A stretch of 64,000 bases of DNA from positions 3,196 to 67,195 of the forward strand of contig CAZNGA010000004.1 in assembly GCA_964572485.1 (NCBI GenBank), in the 5' to 3' direction. The DNA is from an uncultured Chitinophagales bacterium. GTDB lineage: Bacteria > Bacteroidota > Bacteroidia > Chitinophagales > CAZNGA01. The notes beneath the pieces are model-generated. The model saw only the letters and a list, made by a program, of their open reading frames with translations. It made no database searches and had not been told where the DNA came from. The first letter of the stretch is position 1. Every line of letters starts with the position of its first letter. Both the position numbers and the translations under genes were made by a program. Below are positions 36,801-45,051 of the stretch, piece after piece.

Positions 36801-39800
36801 GCACACCTTTGACTACAATTACAATTGGAATGGCGGTCAAAATTTAGTTGTCGAGATCTGCTTTGACAATAGATCCAATCCAACATATACACAAAATGCC
36901 TCAACCCGATATACAGCCACATCATTTACTTCAGTAAGGTGGTATAGGAATGACATTTATAATGCGTGCTCTTGGAGTTATGGAAGTTCTACTAGCAATG
37001 GTACTTTCCGACCCAATATTCGTTTTAATTATTGTAATGCTAATCCCCAGTTTGCTTATTCATGGTCTAACGGTGTTGCGGATCAGGATATATCAGGGTT
37101 ATCATCTGGCACCTACTATGTAACTATTTCAGAATTCAATGGGTGTAGCTTATATGATACCGCGATCATTACACAACCCGCATCTTTAACAGTATCCCTG
37201 TCGGGAACAAATATTGATTGTAATGGTAATAGCTCAGGATCAATTACATCATCCGTTTCGGGAGGATCAACACCATATAGTTATCTTTGGTCCACAGGAA
37301 GCACTGCATCCAGTATTACAAATTTGGCGATAGGGACCTATTATCTAACGGTTACTGATGACCACTTATGCACATCAGTAAAAAGTGTTACACTGACACA
37401 ACCATCGGTGCTATCGTCAAGCATACTATCATCAGATGCGCTATGCTATGGCAGCAGTACCGGGTCAATAAACCTCACTGTAAGTGGAGGGGCTACCCCT
37501 TATATGTATAATTGGTCAAATGGTCCTACCACCCAGGATCAAATTGGCACGGTTGCCTCTAACACCTATTATGTGACGGTCACAGATGCTAATTCTTGCG
37601 TTGTATTTGATACCGCTGTCATAGATGAGCCCACTCTTCTTTCTCTTTCTATTGTAGGCACAGATATTAGTTGCAATGGGAACACTGATGGCTCTGCAAG
37701 CATTTCAGTATCCGGGGGTTCTACTCCTTACAATTACGCCTGGTCACATGGAGAATCTTCGGGAGATATATCAGGATTAAGCAGTGGAACATATATTGTT
37801 ACAGTAACTGACGATAATAGTTGTACCATAATAGATTCAGTCACAATAGCAGAACCCTCTTCCCTTGCAAGTAGCATTGTTGGCACTGACTTAAGTTGTC
37901 ATGGAGCTAGCGATGGGGCTGCTAACCTGACCCCATCAGGTGGTACTACCCCCTATTCATACTCCTGGACATCCGGATACACAACAGAGGATCTATCAAA
38001 TATTACAGCAGGTACTTTTTTTGTTACTATAACAGATACTAATGGTTGTACGAAAATTGACTCTATTATAATATCACAACCGCCCGATTTAGTGCTATCA
38101 ACCGGTAATACTGATGCCACTTGTGGCAATTCTGATGGTACGGCAACAGTAACTCCTTCAGGAGGATTCAGCCCATATACTTATTTATGGAGCAACGGAC
38201 AAACGACTTCAACAGCAACAGCTCTTGGAGCTCAAGCTTATATGGTGACTGTAACGGATTCAACAGGATGTTATGATTCTGCCATGGTCCTTATTAATAA
38301 TATTGGAGCTCCTTCAGCTGGCATTGCCGGAACAAATGTAAGTTGCAATGGCGGCGTTGATGGGGCTGCCAACTTAACTGTAACCGGAGGAACCACGCCA
38401 TATGCATTTTTATGGTCAAATACAGCAACCACTGAAGATCTTGCCAGCTTGAGCGCCGGACTATATTCAGTTACTGTCACAGACTCAATTGGTTGCATCG
38501 TAATAGACTCTATTTCAGTAACAGAACCGGCAACTTTAAGCGCAACCTTGAATGTGACAGATGTAACCTGTAATGGTAATAGTAATGGATCTATTAATCT
38601 TACAGTATCAGGAGGCACAATAGCTTACTCCTATTCATGGTCAAATGCTGCATCAACAGAGGATATTAGCGGGCTGGTCATTGGAACATATAATGTTACC
38701 ATAACTGATGGGAACTTATGTGTCCTAGTTGATTCGGCAACCGTATATGAGCCTACCGTTCTTACTTCAGGTATTGTTGGTACAGATATCACTTGTAATG
38801 GTGACAATAATGGTTCAGCGAACCTGACTGTGTCTGGTGGAACAGCGCCATACAATTACGCATGGTCGAACGCAGAAACCACAGAAGATATTTTTTCATT
38901 GGCTGCCGGTACGTTTATTGTAACTGTGACAGATAATAAAGGGTGTTTTGTAATTGATTCAGTGACAATAGGCGAGCCAGGAGTGTTAAATGCAAGTATT
39001 TCTGGTACTAATGCAAGTTGTAATGGAGGCTCAGATGGAGCTGCTGACCTGACTGTTTCCGGCGGTACAATGGCTTATTCCTTCTATTGGTCCAACGCGG
39101 CTTCAACTGAAGACATTAGCGGGCTTACAGCAGGCACTTATACCGTAACTGTCATAGATAATAACAGTTGCAGCGTTAGTGATAGTGTTGTAATCAGTGA
39201 GTCATCTGCATTGGTCTTAAGTGGTGCTGTTACTAATGTAACATGTAATGGGAGCAATGATGGGGCTATAGATCTCACCGTATCAGGGGGAACTCCAGGG
39301 TATACTTTCTCATGGTCAAATGGGGCAACCACTGAAGACATCAGCGGGATAAATGGAGGAACATACACTGTGACGCTTACCGATACCAATGGATGTATAT
39401 CCACCCTTGAGAAAACTGTCTATGAACCCACAGTACTTTCAACTAGTATTGTTGGAACAGATATAACCTGTAATGGCGCAGGTAATGGTTCAGCAAACCT
39501 TACTGCTTTGGGTGGTACTACACCATATACATATCTCTGGTCAAATACAGCAACAACTGAAGACATTTCAACATTAAGCTCAGGCACTTATTATGTTACT
39601 GTAACAGACAGCAATAGTTGTACTGCTTATGATACTGTTATTATAAGCGAACCAGTTGTTCTAAGTTTGGGTGTTGTAGGTACTGATATAAGTTGTAATG
39701 GTGGGAATGATGGCCAGGCGAATTTAACCGTTACTGGCGGTACATTAGCTTACTCATACTCTTGGTCAAATGGGGCTTCAACGGAAGATATTAGTGGCCT

Positions 39801-42800
39801 TACCATTGGGACCTATTACATCACCGTTACTGACAACAATAGCTGTAATGCCAATGATAGCGTGACACTTACCGAGCCAACCATTTTAAGTTCAAGTGCT
39901 ACTGGAACGAATATAAGTTGTTCAAGTGGTAATGATGGTGCAATAGATTTGACTGTATCAGGTGGTACTCCTGCATATTCATATGGTTGGTCCAATGGTG
40001 CTACCACTGAAGATCTAAGCAATATATCTGCCGGAACGTACTATGTTACAATTACTGACAATCAAGGATGCATAGTATATGATACTGGTGTACTTACCCA
40101 ACCATCAGCGATGGTCTTATTAACGAATACTTATGATGCAACATGTGGTAATTCTGATGGCTCTGCAATTGTGATCGTATCTGGTGGTAATGATCCATAC
40201 ACATATCTTTGGAGTGATGCACAAACCGTTGATTCAGCTATTGGATTAGTCGCAGGATCATATACTATAATAGTTACTGATAGTAATAGCTGCATAGACT
40301 CTGCTTCTGTGATCATTAATGATATTGGAGCTCCTGCCCTATCCACATCTACAACTAATGTGAGTTGTAATGGTGGGAACGATGGAGCAACCGATCTCAC
40401 AGTGAGTGGCGGAACCTCACCTTATACTTATTTATGGTCTAATGCGGCAACTACCGAGGATATTTCAGGGTTGACCAGTGGGGATTATACCGTGACCGTT
40501 ACAGATTCGATAGGATGTATTGCCATAGATTCTGCAGTAATTAATGAGCCAAACATTTTAACTTCCGGTGCCTTAGGTACAAATATAAGTTGTAACGGAA
40601 ATACCGATGGTTCTATTGACTTAACAGTTTCAGGAGGGACACTGCCTTATACCTATTTATGGTCAAATGGGGCAACAACTGCTGATATTTCAAGTTTAGG
40701 GGCAGGAGTATTTATCGTTACTATAACTGATAACAACAGTTGTATGGCAATTGACTCCGCTACCATCACTGAGCCCTCTTCTCTAGCTTTAGCAATCGTC
40801 GGCACTGATATCAGTTGTAATGGGAGTGCAGATGGTGAGGCTGACCTGACTGTTTCAGGCGGAACACCCTCATTCGCTTACCTTTGGTCAACGGGAGATG
40901 ACAAGGAGGATGTTACTGATCTAAACCAGGGCACATATTATGTGACTGTGACTGACACCAATGGTTGTAATGCAGTAGACTCGGTTAGTATAATAGAGCC
41001 TGGCGTATTAGCTACTTCGATCCTTGGAACAACTATTAGTTGTAATGGTGGAAATGATGGTACAGCAGACCTCACTGTAACGGGTGGTACAAGTCCGTTT
41101 AATTATCTATGGTCAACAGGGGCTACAACTCAGGATATTACAGGACGAAGTGCAGGGACATATGTAGTTACCGTTTCAGATAACAGGGGATGTATTGATA
41201 AAGATACTATAGTACTTACTGAGCCTTCAGCTCTATCGGCCGGCATTATACCAACTGATGTTAACTGTAATGGTGGCAGTGATGGGAGCGCAGACCTTAC
41301 GGTTTCAGGAGGAGTTTCCCCGTACACCTTTATATGGTCAACAGGGGCAACAACAGAAGACATTAGTGCACTGACTGCAGGTACTTATATCGTCACCATA
41401 ACAGATTCAAATGGTTGCACGATACTAGACACAGGAATTGTGGGTGAGCCAGCAGGCATGATAATAACAACAGGAACTATAGATGCAAGTTGCGGCAATT
41501 CAGATGGCCAAGCCACAGTATCAGTAGCAGGTGGCACAGCCCCTTTTACATACCTTTGGGGAGATGGGCAAACAACTGATACAGCATTTAACTTATCAGC
41601 AGGTTCATACACAATTAATGTAACAGATTTTGACTTATGCCAAGTAGCAGATATCGTTATTATCAATGATGCCGGGGCCCCATCTTCCAGTTTATCGGGG
41701 ACCAACATTAGCTGTAATGGCGGAAATGATGGCTCAGTAAATCTCACATTAGTAGGAGGAACGGCTCCATTTAGTTATAACTGGTCCAATGGCGATACCA
41801 TTGAAGATATTGTGAATCTTGCAGCTACAATTTATTCTGTTACTGTAACCGATTCAAATACTTGTACAACCAGTGACTTTATTGTCTTAACAGAACCTTC
41901 AGCCATATCGCCTTCAACTAGTGATACTAACGTAAGTTGTAATAATGGTTCAGATGGTGCAATTGACTTGACAGTTTCCGGAGGTATATCTCCTTATTCC
42001 TATTTATGGTCAAATGGAGCAACAACCCAAGATATTTCAGGATTGATTTCTGGCACATACACCTTTACCGTGACAGATTCAAATACTTGTACAATAACTG
42101 ATTCCGTAATAATTACTGAGCCATTAGTTTTAGCCACATCAATCATTGGGACCAACATTAGTTGCAATGGCAATAATGACGGAGCGGCTAACCTGACAGT
42201 ATCAGGTGGCGCAAGTCCATACAGTTATTCATGGTCAAATGGAGCAACTATTGAAGATGTTACAGGATTAAGTTCAGGCACTTATTTTGTGACCATTACC
42301 GATAATGCTGGGTGCAGTAAAAATGATACAGTGGTCATCACTGAACCTGGGGTGATCAACCTCAGCCTTCTAGTATCAGATGTTAATTGTACCGGAGGAA
42401 ATGATGGCATGATCAATTTGACAATAAGTGGTGGCATAGCTCCATTCAGTTACTTATGGTCCAATTCGGACACAACAGAAGATGTGATTGGATTAACCAC
42501 AGGAGTATATACGGTAACCGTAACAGATTCTAATGGATGCTCAAAGGTAGCTCTGGAAGTAGTTGACGAACCTTCAGGGTTATTAAGTATTATATTGTCA
42601 GGTACCGATGTGAGTTGCTTTGGAGGGAATGATGGCGCAATAAATATGGCCGTTGCAGGGGGAACTCCTGCCTACAATTATCTATGGTCAAATGCAGCAA
42701 CATCAGAAGATTTAATTGGGTTGATAGCTGCACAATATTTTGTTACCGTTACTGATACAAATGGGTGTATCGCCATTGATTCAATTCTGATCAGCGAACC

Positions 42801-45009
42801 ATCAGTATTAGGCTTAGGTATTGTTGGAACTGATGTATCCTGCATTGGAGTGAGCGATGGATCGACTGACCTTACTGTAACCGGTGGGGCCACACCTTAC
42901 ACCTATTTGTGGTCAAATGGAGCGACAATTGAAGATCTGAGTGCTATAGCTGAAGGGATTTACCAGGTTACGGTAACAGATACAAATGGATGCTCAGCCA
43001 CAGATTTTACAACCATCTCTTCGATGAATGATCTTTCAGTGCTGACTTCAAATAATGATGCGACCTGCATTGATTGGTGTGATGGTGATGCAACAGCCAC
43101 AGTTTCAGGAGGAACGTCTCCATTTAACTATATATGGGATGACCCATTATCTCAAACAACATCTGTGGCTACTTCATTATGTGTTGGCACTTTTGTGGTA
43201 ACAGTTACAGATGATGATGGGTGCATAGCAAGTGACACTACAATAGTATCTTCACCCGGAGAATTGACCTTAACAATATCAACAACGGATGCCACCTGTG
43301 GGAATGCTGATGGCAGAGCCCTTGTCTCTGTTAGCGGCGGTACAGGTCCATTCAATTATCTATGGTCAAATGGGGCAAGCACAGCAGTAGCTGATTCCCT
43401 GACATCCGGAATATATACTGTTCAAGTAACGGATAATAATGGTTGTGATAATTTTGGTATTGCGGCGATAAGCGATTCTGATGGTCCAACAATTACAATT
43501 GATCAGGTGAAAGATGTTTCCTGCAATGGTTTATCAGACGGATCAATTGATATTACTGTTAAGAATGGAACCGGACCTTATAATTACATTTGGTCAAATG
43601 GTAGTATTATGGAAGATCAGGCAAATCTAATTGCCGGGCCATATGAAGTAAGTATAACAGATGCATTGGGTTGTATTGTGATCACCAGCATCTCTATATC
43701 TGAACCTCAGGTCTTAGCACTCTCCCTAACAACTGTTGATGCTGTATGTGGAAATAGCGATGGAAGTGCGACAATTGGCGTTACCGGAGGCACTACCCCT
43801 TACACTTATTTGTGGTCTACTGGCGGTACTAGTTCAACAGAAAATGCTTTAGCTGCAGGGACTTATCATGTTACTGTAACTGATTCAAATTCATGTCAAG
43901 ATTCTATTGTTGCAGCCATAAGTAATATTAATGGGCCTGTCATTACAATCGATTCAACTATTGATATTGTATGCGGAGTAAGTACCACCGGCTCTATTTA
44001 TATTTCAATTGCTGCGGGTATACCCCCCTACAGTTATCAATGGTCGAATGGTAGTTCGACTCAGGATCAAACAAATATTCAAGGAGGGGTCTATGATGTT
44101 ACTGTAACAGATTCTGCAGGTTGCATGGCAACTGAAAGTATAGAGATATTTGGATTAATGCCTGTTGCTAAACCAATTTGCCTTGTAACTGTGGATACTG
44201 TTACTGGCAAGAATATAGTGGTTTGGCAGAAGATAAATGCTAAAGGGATCTTCTGGTATAACATCTATAAAGAAACTTCTCAAAGTGGAGTATTCTATAA
44301 GATCGGGTCTCAATATAAAGATAGTTTAAGCACATTCATTGATTCCTTATCGGATCCTAAACAAAGATCATGGAGATATAAAATGGCGGTAGCAGATTCA
44401 TGTGGTAATGAATCAGATTTGAGTGATGAACATAAGACCATACACCTATCCATGAATTTAGGTTTGGGAGGTTCAGTTAATTTAATATGGGATCACTATG
44501 AAGGATTTCCGGTAGCAACCTATTATATCAATAGATATCATCCATCCACTGGGTGGACAAAACTGGATTCCGTTCCAAGTAATTTGACATCATATTCGGA
44601 TTTTTCTCCCCCAAAGGGCAATCTATCTTACCAGATCATTGTTGATCGCTCAACAGGTTGTGTGGCCACCAGGGCAAAGAACTATAATTCAACAAGGTCA
44701 AATCCTGTGAATAAGGGTGATGATTCTACTGGAATACGCAATCCAATAGATAATATTAATTATGTGCTTGTCTATCCTAACCCAACTATTGGCAAATTCA
44801 ATATTGAAATTGATCTGGCAAGGACCACAGATTTTGAAATAAATCTGTTCAGTATGGATGGGCAGCTGATATTATCTGAGAAAGCTGAAAATATCAAAGG
44901 GGTATTTGAAAGTCAATTTGATATGGCTGATTTTGGAGGAGGTATCTACTTTATACAAATTATCTCCGATAAGGGGATAATTAACCGGAAGATCGTATTC
45001 ACAAAATAA
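33841..45009 (+). CDS. Giant (3,722 aa) T9SS-secreted SprB-repeat surface protein / putative adhesin
   Basis: Single uninterrupted ORF. N-terminal signal/anchor (ISTCIAILFCFLQLKSYGQ), 7x52-aa repeats, two Ig-like modules flanking a jelly-roll-like domain, 33 SprB-type modules, two FN3-like modules, and the type-A CTD (VYPNPTIGKFNIEIDL...GGIYFIQII). Confidence 0.85.
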   Translation: MKAILRSLINYIQNNLKLISTCIAILFCFLQLKSYGQIEMQRAYGGTGHEYGQCIEQTSDDGYIMAGYTTGFGAGGVDGYFIKTDSKGNVSWSRVVGGTGTDYIMSVEQTSDGGYIGVGYTNSSGFGGYEVYLVKLSSTGTVSWTRTIGWTGNDYGRDVKQTSDNGYIIAGYTSSYGAGSYDMYILKTSSTGAITWSRTIGGVSSDYAMGVEINSDATYSVVGYTYSAGFGNTDVYFARLNTAGSVLITRTYGYSNYDYGRSIEQTSDGGWIIAGNTRSFGAGLYDLYAIKLNTSYSISWSRVYGGSSNDYGYSATQTSDLGYLISGYMASSGAGGYDMINIKTNSSGVATSSRTYGGTGSDYGYVGIQTSDGGFATLGSTASMGSGGNDFYLVKTDGTGNSGCSDASATYSSGTAATLILVGGSYNSGGIMLSGPSTNSAPSTSNYLNCTNCDLSVNAGTDNSVCLGSSVGIGGSPTASGGTTPHTYSWSLGSSLNSTTVSNPTSTPTQTSQYIVTVTDANGCEQTLTDTVLISLKRLVAKAGPDVSICRGSGTSLNVDASLLYDDFDPGIDSSQWSNLSGGSPGTSCGSVSGNALYFSGTSTRSITTNNLNTIGANTVSFYLKIGSGAPPCENAEPGEDVVLEYSTNSGTSWTTIATYIESAYPTFTSLNTTIPMTAKTSSTMFRWRQLSHSGGCCDHWSLDNIKILSSNFSYSWTPTTGLSSATVYNPTASPTATTSYIITVTGANGCTEKDTTIVTVSDMSSVTTKTDASCNGYSDGTASVDVSGGLPSYSYSWSNALSTSSISGLTAGTYGVTITDDIGCTNTNSAVITEPAATTSSISQTNVSCKAGSDGSIDLTVSGNSFSASCESTSTGCGTGSSTIVGTNTTYVSATGYPAPYGNYYKNGVMQMLFTASELNAAGIDTGTITSIALNIASLNSSTTTYKNFSIKMGCTNSANLGAGVVSGLTTVFTTKDITISTGWNTHTFDYNYNWNGGQNLVVEICFDNRSNPTYTQNASTRYTATSFTSVRWYRNDIYNACSWSYGSSTSNGTFRPNIRFNYCNANPQFAYSWSNGVADQDISGLSSGTYYVTISEFNGCSLYDTAIITQPASLTVSLSGTNIDCNGNSSGSITSSVSGGSTPYSYLWSTGSTASSITNLAIGTYYLTVTDDHLCTSVKSVTLTQPSVLSSSILSSDALCYGSSTGSINLTVSGGATPYMYNWSNGPTTQDQIGTVASNTYYVTVTDANSCVVFDTAVIDEPTLLSLSIVGTDISCNGNTDGSASISVSGGSTPYNYAWSHGESSGDISGLSSGTYIVTVTDDNSCTIIDSVTIAEPSSLASSIVGTDLSCHGASDGAANLTPSGGTTPYSYSWTSGYTTEDLSNITAGTFFVTITDTNGCTKIDSIIISQPPDLVLSTGNTDATCGNSDGTATVTPSGGFSPYTYLWSNGQTTSTATALGAQAYMVTVTDSTGCYDSAMVLINNIGAPSAGIAGTNVSCNGGVDGAANLTVTGGTTPYAFLWSNTATTEDLASLSAGLYSVTVTDSIGCIVIDSISVTEPATLSATLNVTDVTCNGNSNGSINLTVSGGTIAYSYSWSNAASTEDISGLVIGTYNVTITDGNLCVLVDSATVYEPTVLTSGIVGTDITCNGDNNGSANLTVSGGTAPYNYAWSNAETTEDIFSLAAGTFIVTVTDNKGCFVIDSVTIGEPGVLNASISGTNASCNGGSDGAADLTVSGGTMAYSFYWSNAASTEDISGLTAGTYTVTVIDNNSCSVSDSVVISESSALVLSGAVTNVTCNGSNDGAIDLTVSGGTPGYTFSWSNGATTEDISGINGGTYTVTLTDTNGCISTLEKTVYEPTVLSTSIVGTDITCNGAGNGSANLTALGGTTPYTYLWSNTATTEDISTLSSGTYYVTVTDSNSCTAYDTVIISEPVVLSLGVVGTDISCNGGNDGQANLTVTGGTLAYSYSWSNGASTEDISGLTIGTYYITVTDNNSCNANDSVTLTEPTILSSSATGTNISCSSGNDGAIDLTVSGGTPAYSYGWSNGATTEDLSNISAGTYYVTITDNQGCIVYDTGVLTQPSAMVLLTNTYDATCGNSDGSAIVIVSGGNDPYTYLWSDAQTVDSAIGLVAGSYTIIVTDSNSCIDSASVIINDIGAPALSTSTTNVSCNGGNDGATDLTVSGGTSPYTYLWSNAATTEDISGLTSGDYTVTVTDSIGCIAIDSAVINEPNILTSGALGTNISCNGNTDGSIDLTVSGGTLPYTYLWSNGATTADISSLGAGVFIVTITDNNSCMAIDSATITEPSSLALAIVGTDISCNGSADGEADLTVSGGTPSFAYLWSTGDDKEDVTDLNQGTYYVTVTDTNGCNAVDSVSIIEPGVLATSILGTTISCNGGNDGTADLTVTGGTSPFNYLWSTGATTQDITGRSAGTYVVTVSDNRGCIDKDTIVLTEPSALSAGIIPTDVNCNGGSDGSADLTVSGGVSPYTFIWSTGATTEDISALTAGTYIVTITDSNGCTILDTGIVGEPAGMIITTGTIDASCGNSDGQATVSVAGGTAPFTYLWGDGQTTDTAFNLSAGSYTINVTDFDLCQVADIVIINDAGAPSSSLSGTNISCNGGNDGSVNLTLVGGTAPFSYNWSNGDTIEDIVNLAATIYSVTVTDSNTCTTSDFIVLTEPSAISPSTSDTNVSCNNGSDGAIDLTVSGGISPYSYLWSNGATTQDISGLISGTYTFTVTDSNTCTITDSVIITEPLVLATSIIGTNISCNGNNDGAANLTVSGGASPYSYSWSNGATIEDVTGLSSGTYFVTITDNAGCSKNDTVVITEPGVINLSLLVSDVNCTGGNDGMINLTISGGIAPFSYLWSNSDTTEDVIGLTTGVYTVTVTDSNGCSKVALEVVDEPSGLLSIILSGTDVSCFGGNDGAINMAVAGGTPAYNYLWSNAATSEDLIGLIAAQYFVTVTDTNGCIAIDSILISEPSVLGLGIVGTDVSCIGVSDGSTDLTVTGGATPYTYLWSNGATIEDLSAIAEGIYQVTVTDTNGCSATDFTTISSMNDLSVLTSNNDATCIDWCDGDATATVSGGTSPFNYIWDDPLSQTTSVATSLCVGTFVVTVTDDDGCIASDTTIVSSPGELTLTISTTDATCGNADGRALVSVSGGTGPFNYLWSNGASTAVADSLTSGIYTVQVTDNNGCDNFGIAAISDSDGPTITIDQVKDVSCNGLSDGSIDITVKNGTGPYNYIWSNGSIMEDQANLIAGPYEVSITDALGCIVITSISISEPQVLALSLTTVDAVCGNSDGSATIGVTGGTTPYTYLWSTGGTSSTENALAAGTYHVTVTDSNSCQDSIVAAISNINGPVITIDSTIDIVCGVSTTGSIYISIAAGIPPYSYQWSNGSSTQDQTNIQGGVYDVTVTDSAGCMATESIEIFGLMPVAKPICLVTVDTVTGKNIVVWQKINAKGIFWYNIYKETSQSGVFYKIGSQYKDSLSTFIDSLSDPKQRSWRYKMAVADSCGNESDLSDEHKTIHLSMNLGLGGSVNLIWDHYEGFPVATYYINRYHPSTGWTKLDSVPSNLTSYSDFSPPKGNLSYQIIVDRSTGCVATRAKNYNSTRSNPVNKGDDSTGIRNPIDNINYVLVYPNPTIGKFNIEIDLARTTDFEINLFSMDGQLILSEKAENIKGVFESQFDMADFGGGIYFIQIISDKGIINRKIVFTK
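33964..35055 (+). repeat. Seven exact-length 52-aa (156-nt) tandem repeats, probable 7-bladed beta-propeller
   Basis: Each unit reads R-x-x-G-G-x-x-x-D-Y-G-x-x-x-x-Q-T-S-D-G-G-Y-I-x-x-G-Y-T-x-S-x-G-A-G-x-x-D-x-Y-x-x-K-x-x-x-x-G-x-x-x-W-S. I counted units of 52 residues at positions 42-405. Confidence 0.8.
35527..35964 (+). other. About 146-aa jelly-roll-like domain (MAM/reelin-subrepeat-like impression) between two Ig-like modules
   Basis: DDFDPGIDSSQWSNLSGG...GNALYFSG...VSFYLKIGSG...GEDVVLEYSTNSGTSWTTIATY...FRWRQ...CCDHWSLDNIKI. The family assignment is an impression only. Confidence 0.35.
36136..44148 (+). repeat. Array of 33 SprB-type modules (about 75 aa / 225 nt each)
   Basis: Consensus: G-T-[DN]-[IV]-S-C-N-G-x-x-D-G-x-A-x-L-T-V-S-G-G-T-x-P-Y-x-Y-x-W-S-N-G-A-T-T-E-D-I-S-G-L-x-A-G-T-Y-x-V-T-V-T-D-x-N-G-C-x-x-x-D-S-x-x-I-x-E-P. 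I counted the modules one by one. Nucleotide copies are well diverged. Confidence 0.85.
36433..37050 (+). other. 206-aa domain inserted inside SprB module 2
   Basis: Module 2 begins normally (NVSCKAGSDGSIDLTVSG) and resumes only after the insert (FAYSWSNGVADQDISGLSSGTYYVTISEFNGC). The insert contains YPAPYGNYYKNGVMQMLFTASELNAAGI...ITSIALNIAS...NFSIKMGCT...LVVEICFDN...RPNIRFNYC. Confidence 0.7.
44755..45006 (+). other. T9SS type-A C-terminal sorting domain of the giant protein
   Basis: INYVLVYPNPTIGKFNIEIDLARTTDFEINLFSMDGQLI...GGIYFIQIISDKGIINRKIVFTK. Confidence 0.8.
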
Positions 45010-45051
45010 ATAGTATCGATAGAGAGTAATGATCTACGGCACAGGGTGGTA

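Noticed and set aside
34865-43355. Thirteen minus-strand ORFs of 66-120 aa inside the 3,722-aa gene (for example 38271-38618 and 41385-41747)
   Set aside because: They are antisense to an uninterrupted, strongly repeat-structured coding frame. Their products are V/P/S/T-rich mirror images of the SprB modules. This is explained by the low stop-codon content of the antisense strand of Gly/Thr/Ser/Asn-rich repeats.
10084-45009. A diversity-generating retroelement or phase-variation (invertase/shufflon) mechanism acting on the giant repeat genes
   Set aside because: There is no reverse transcriptase, recombinase or invertase gene. There is no template-repeat/variable-repeat pair with A-specific mismatches. 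No inverted repeats flank the promoters in the window.
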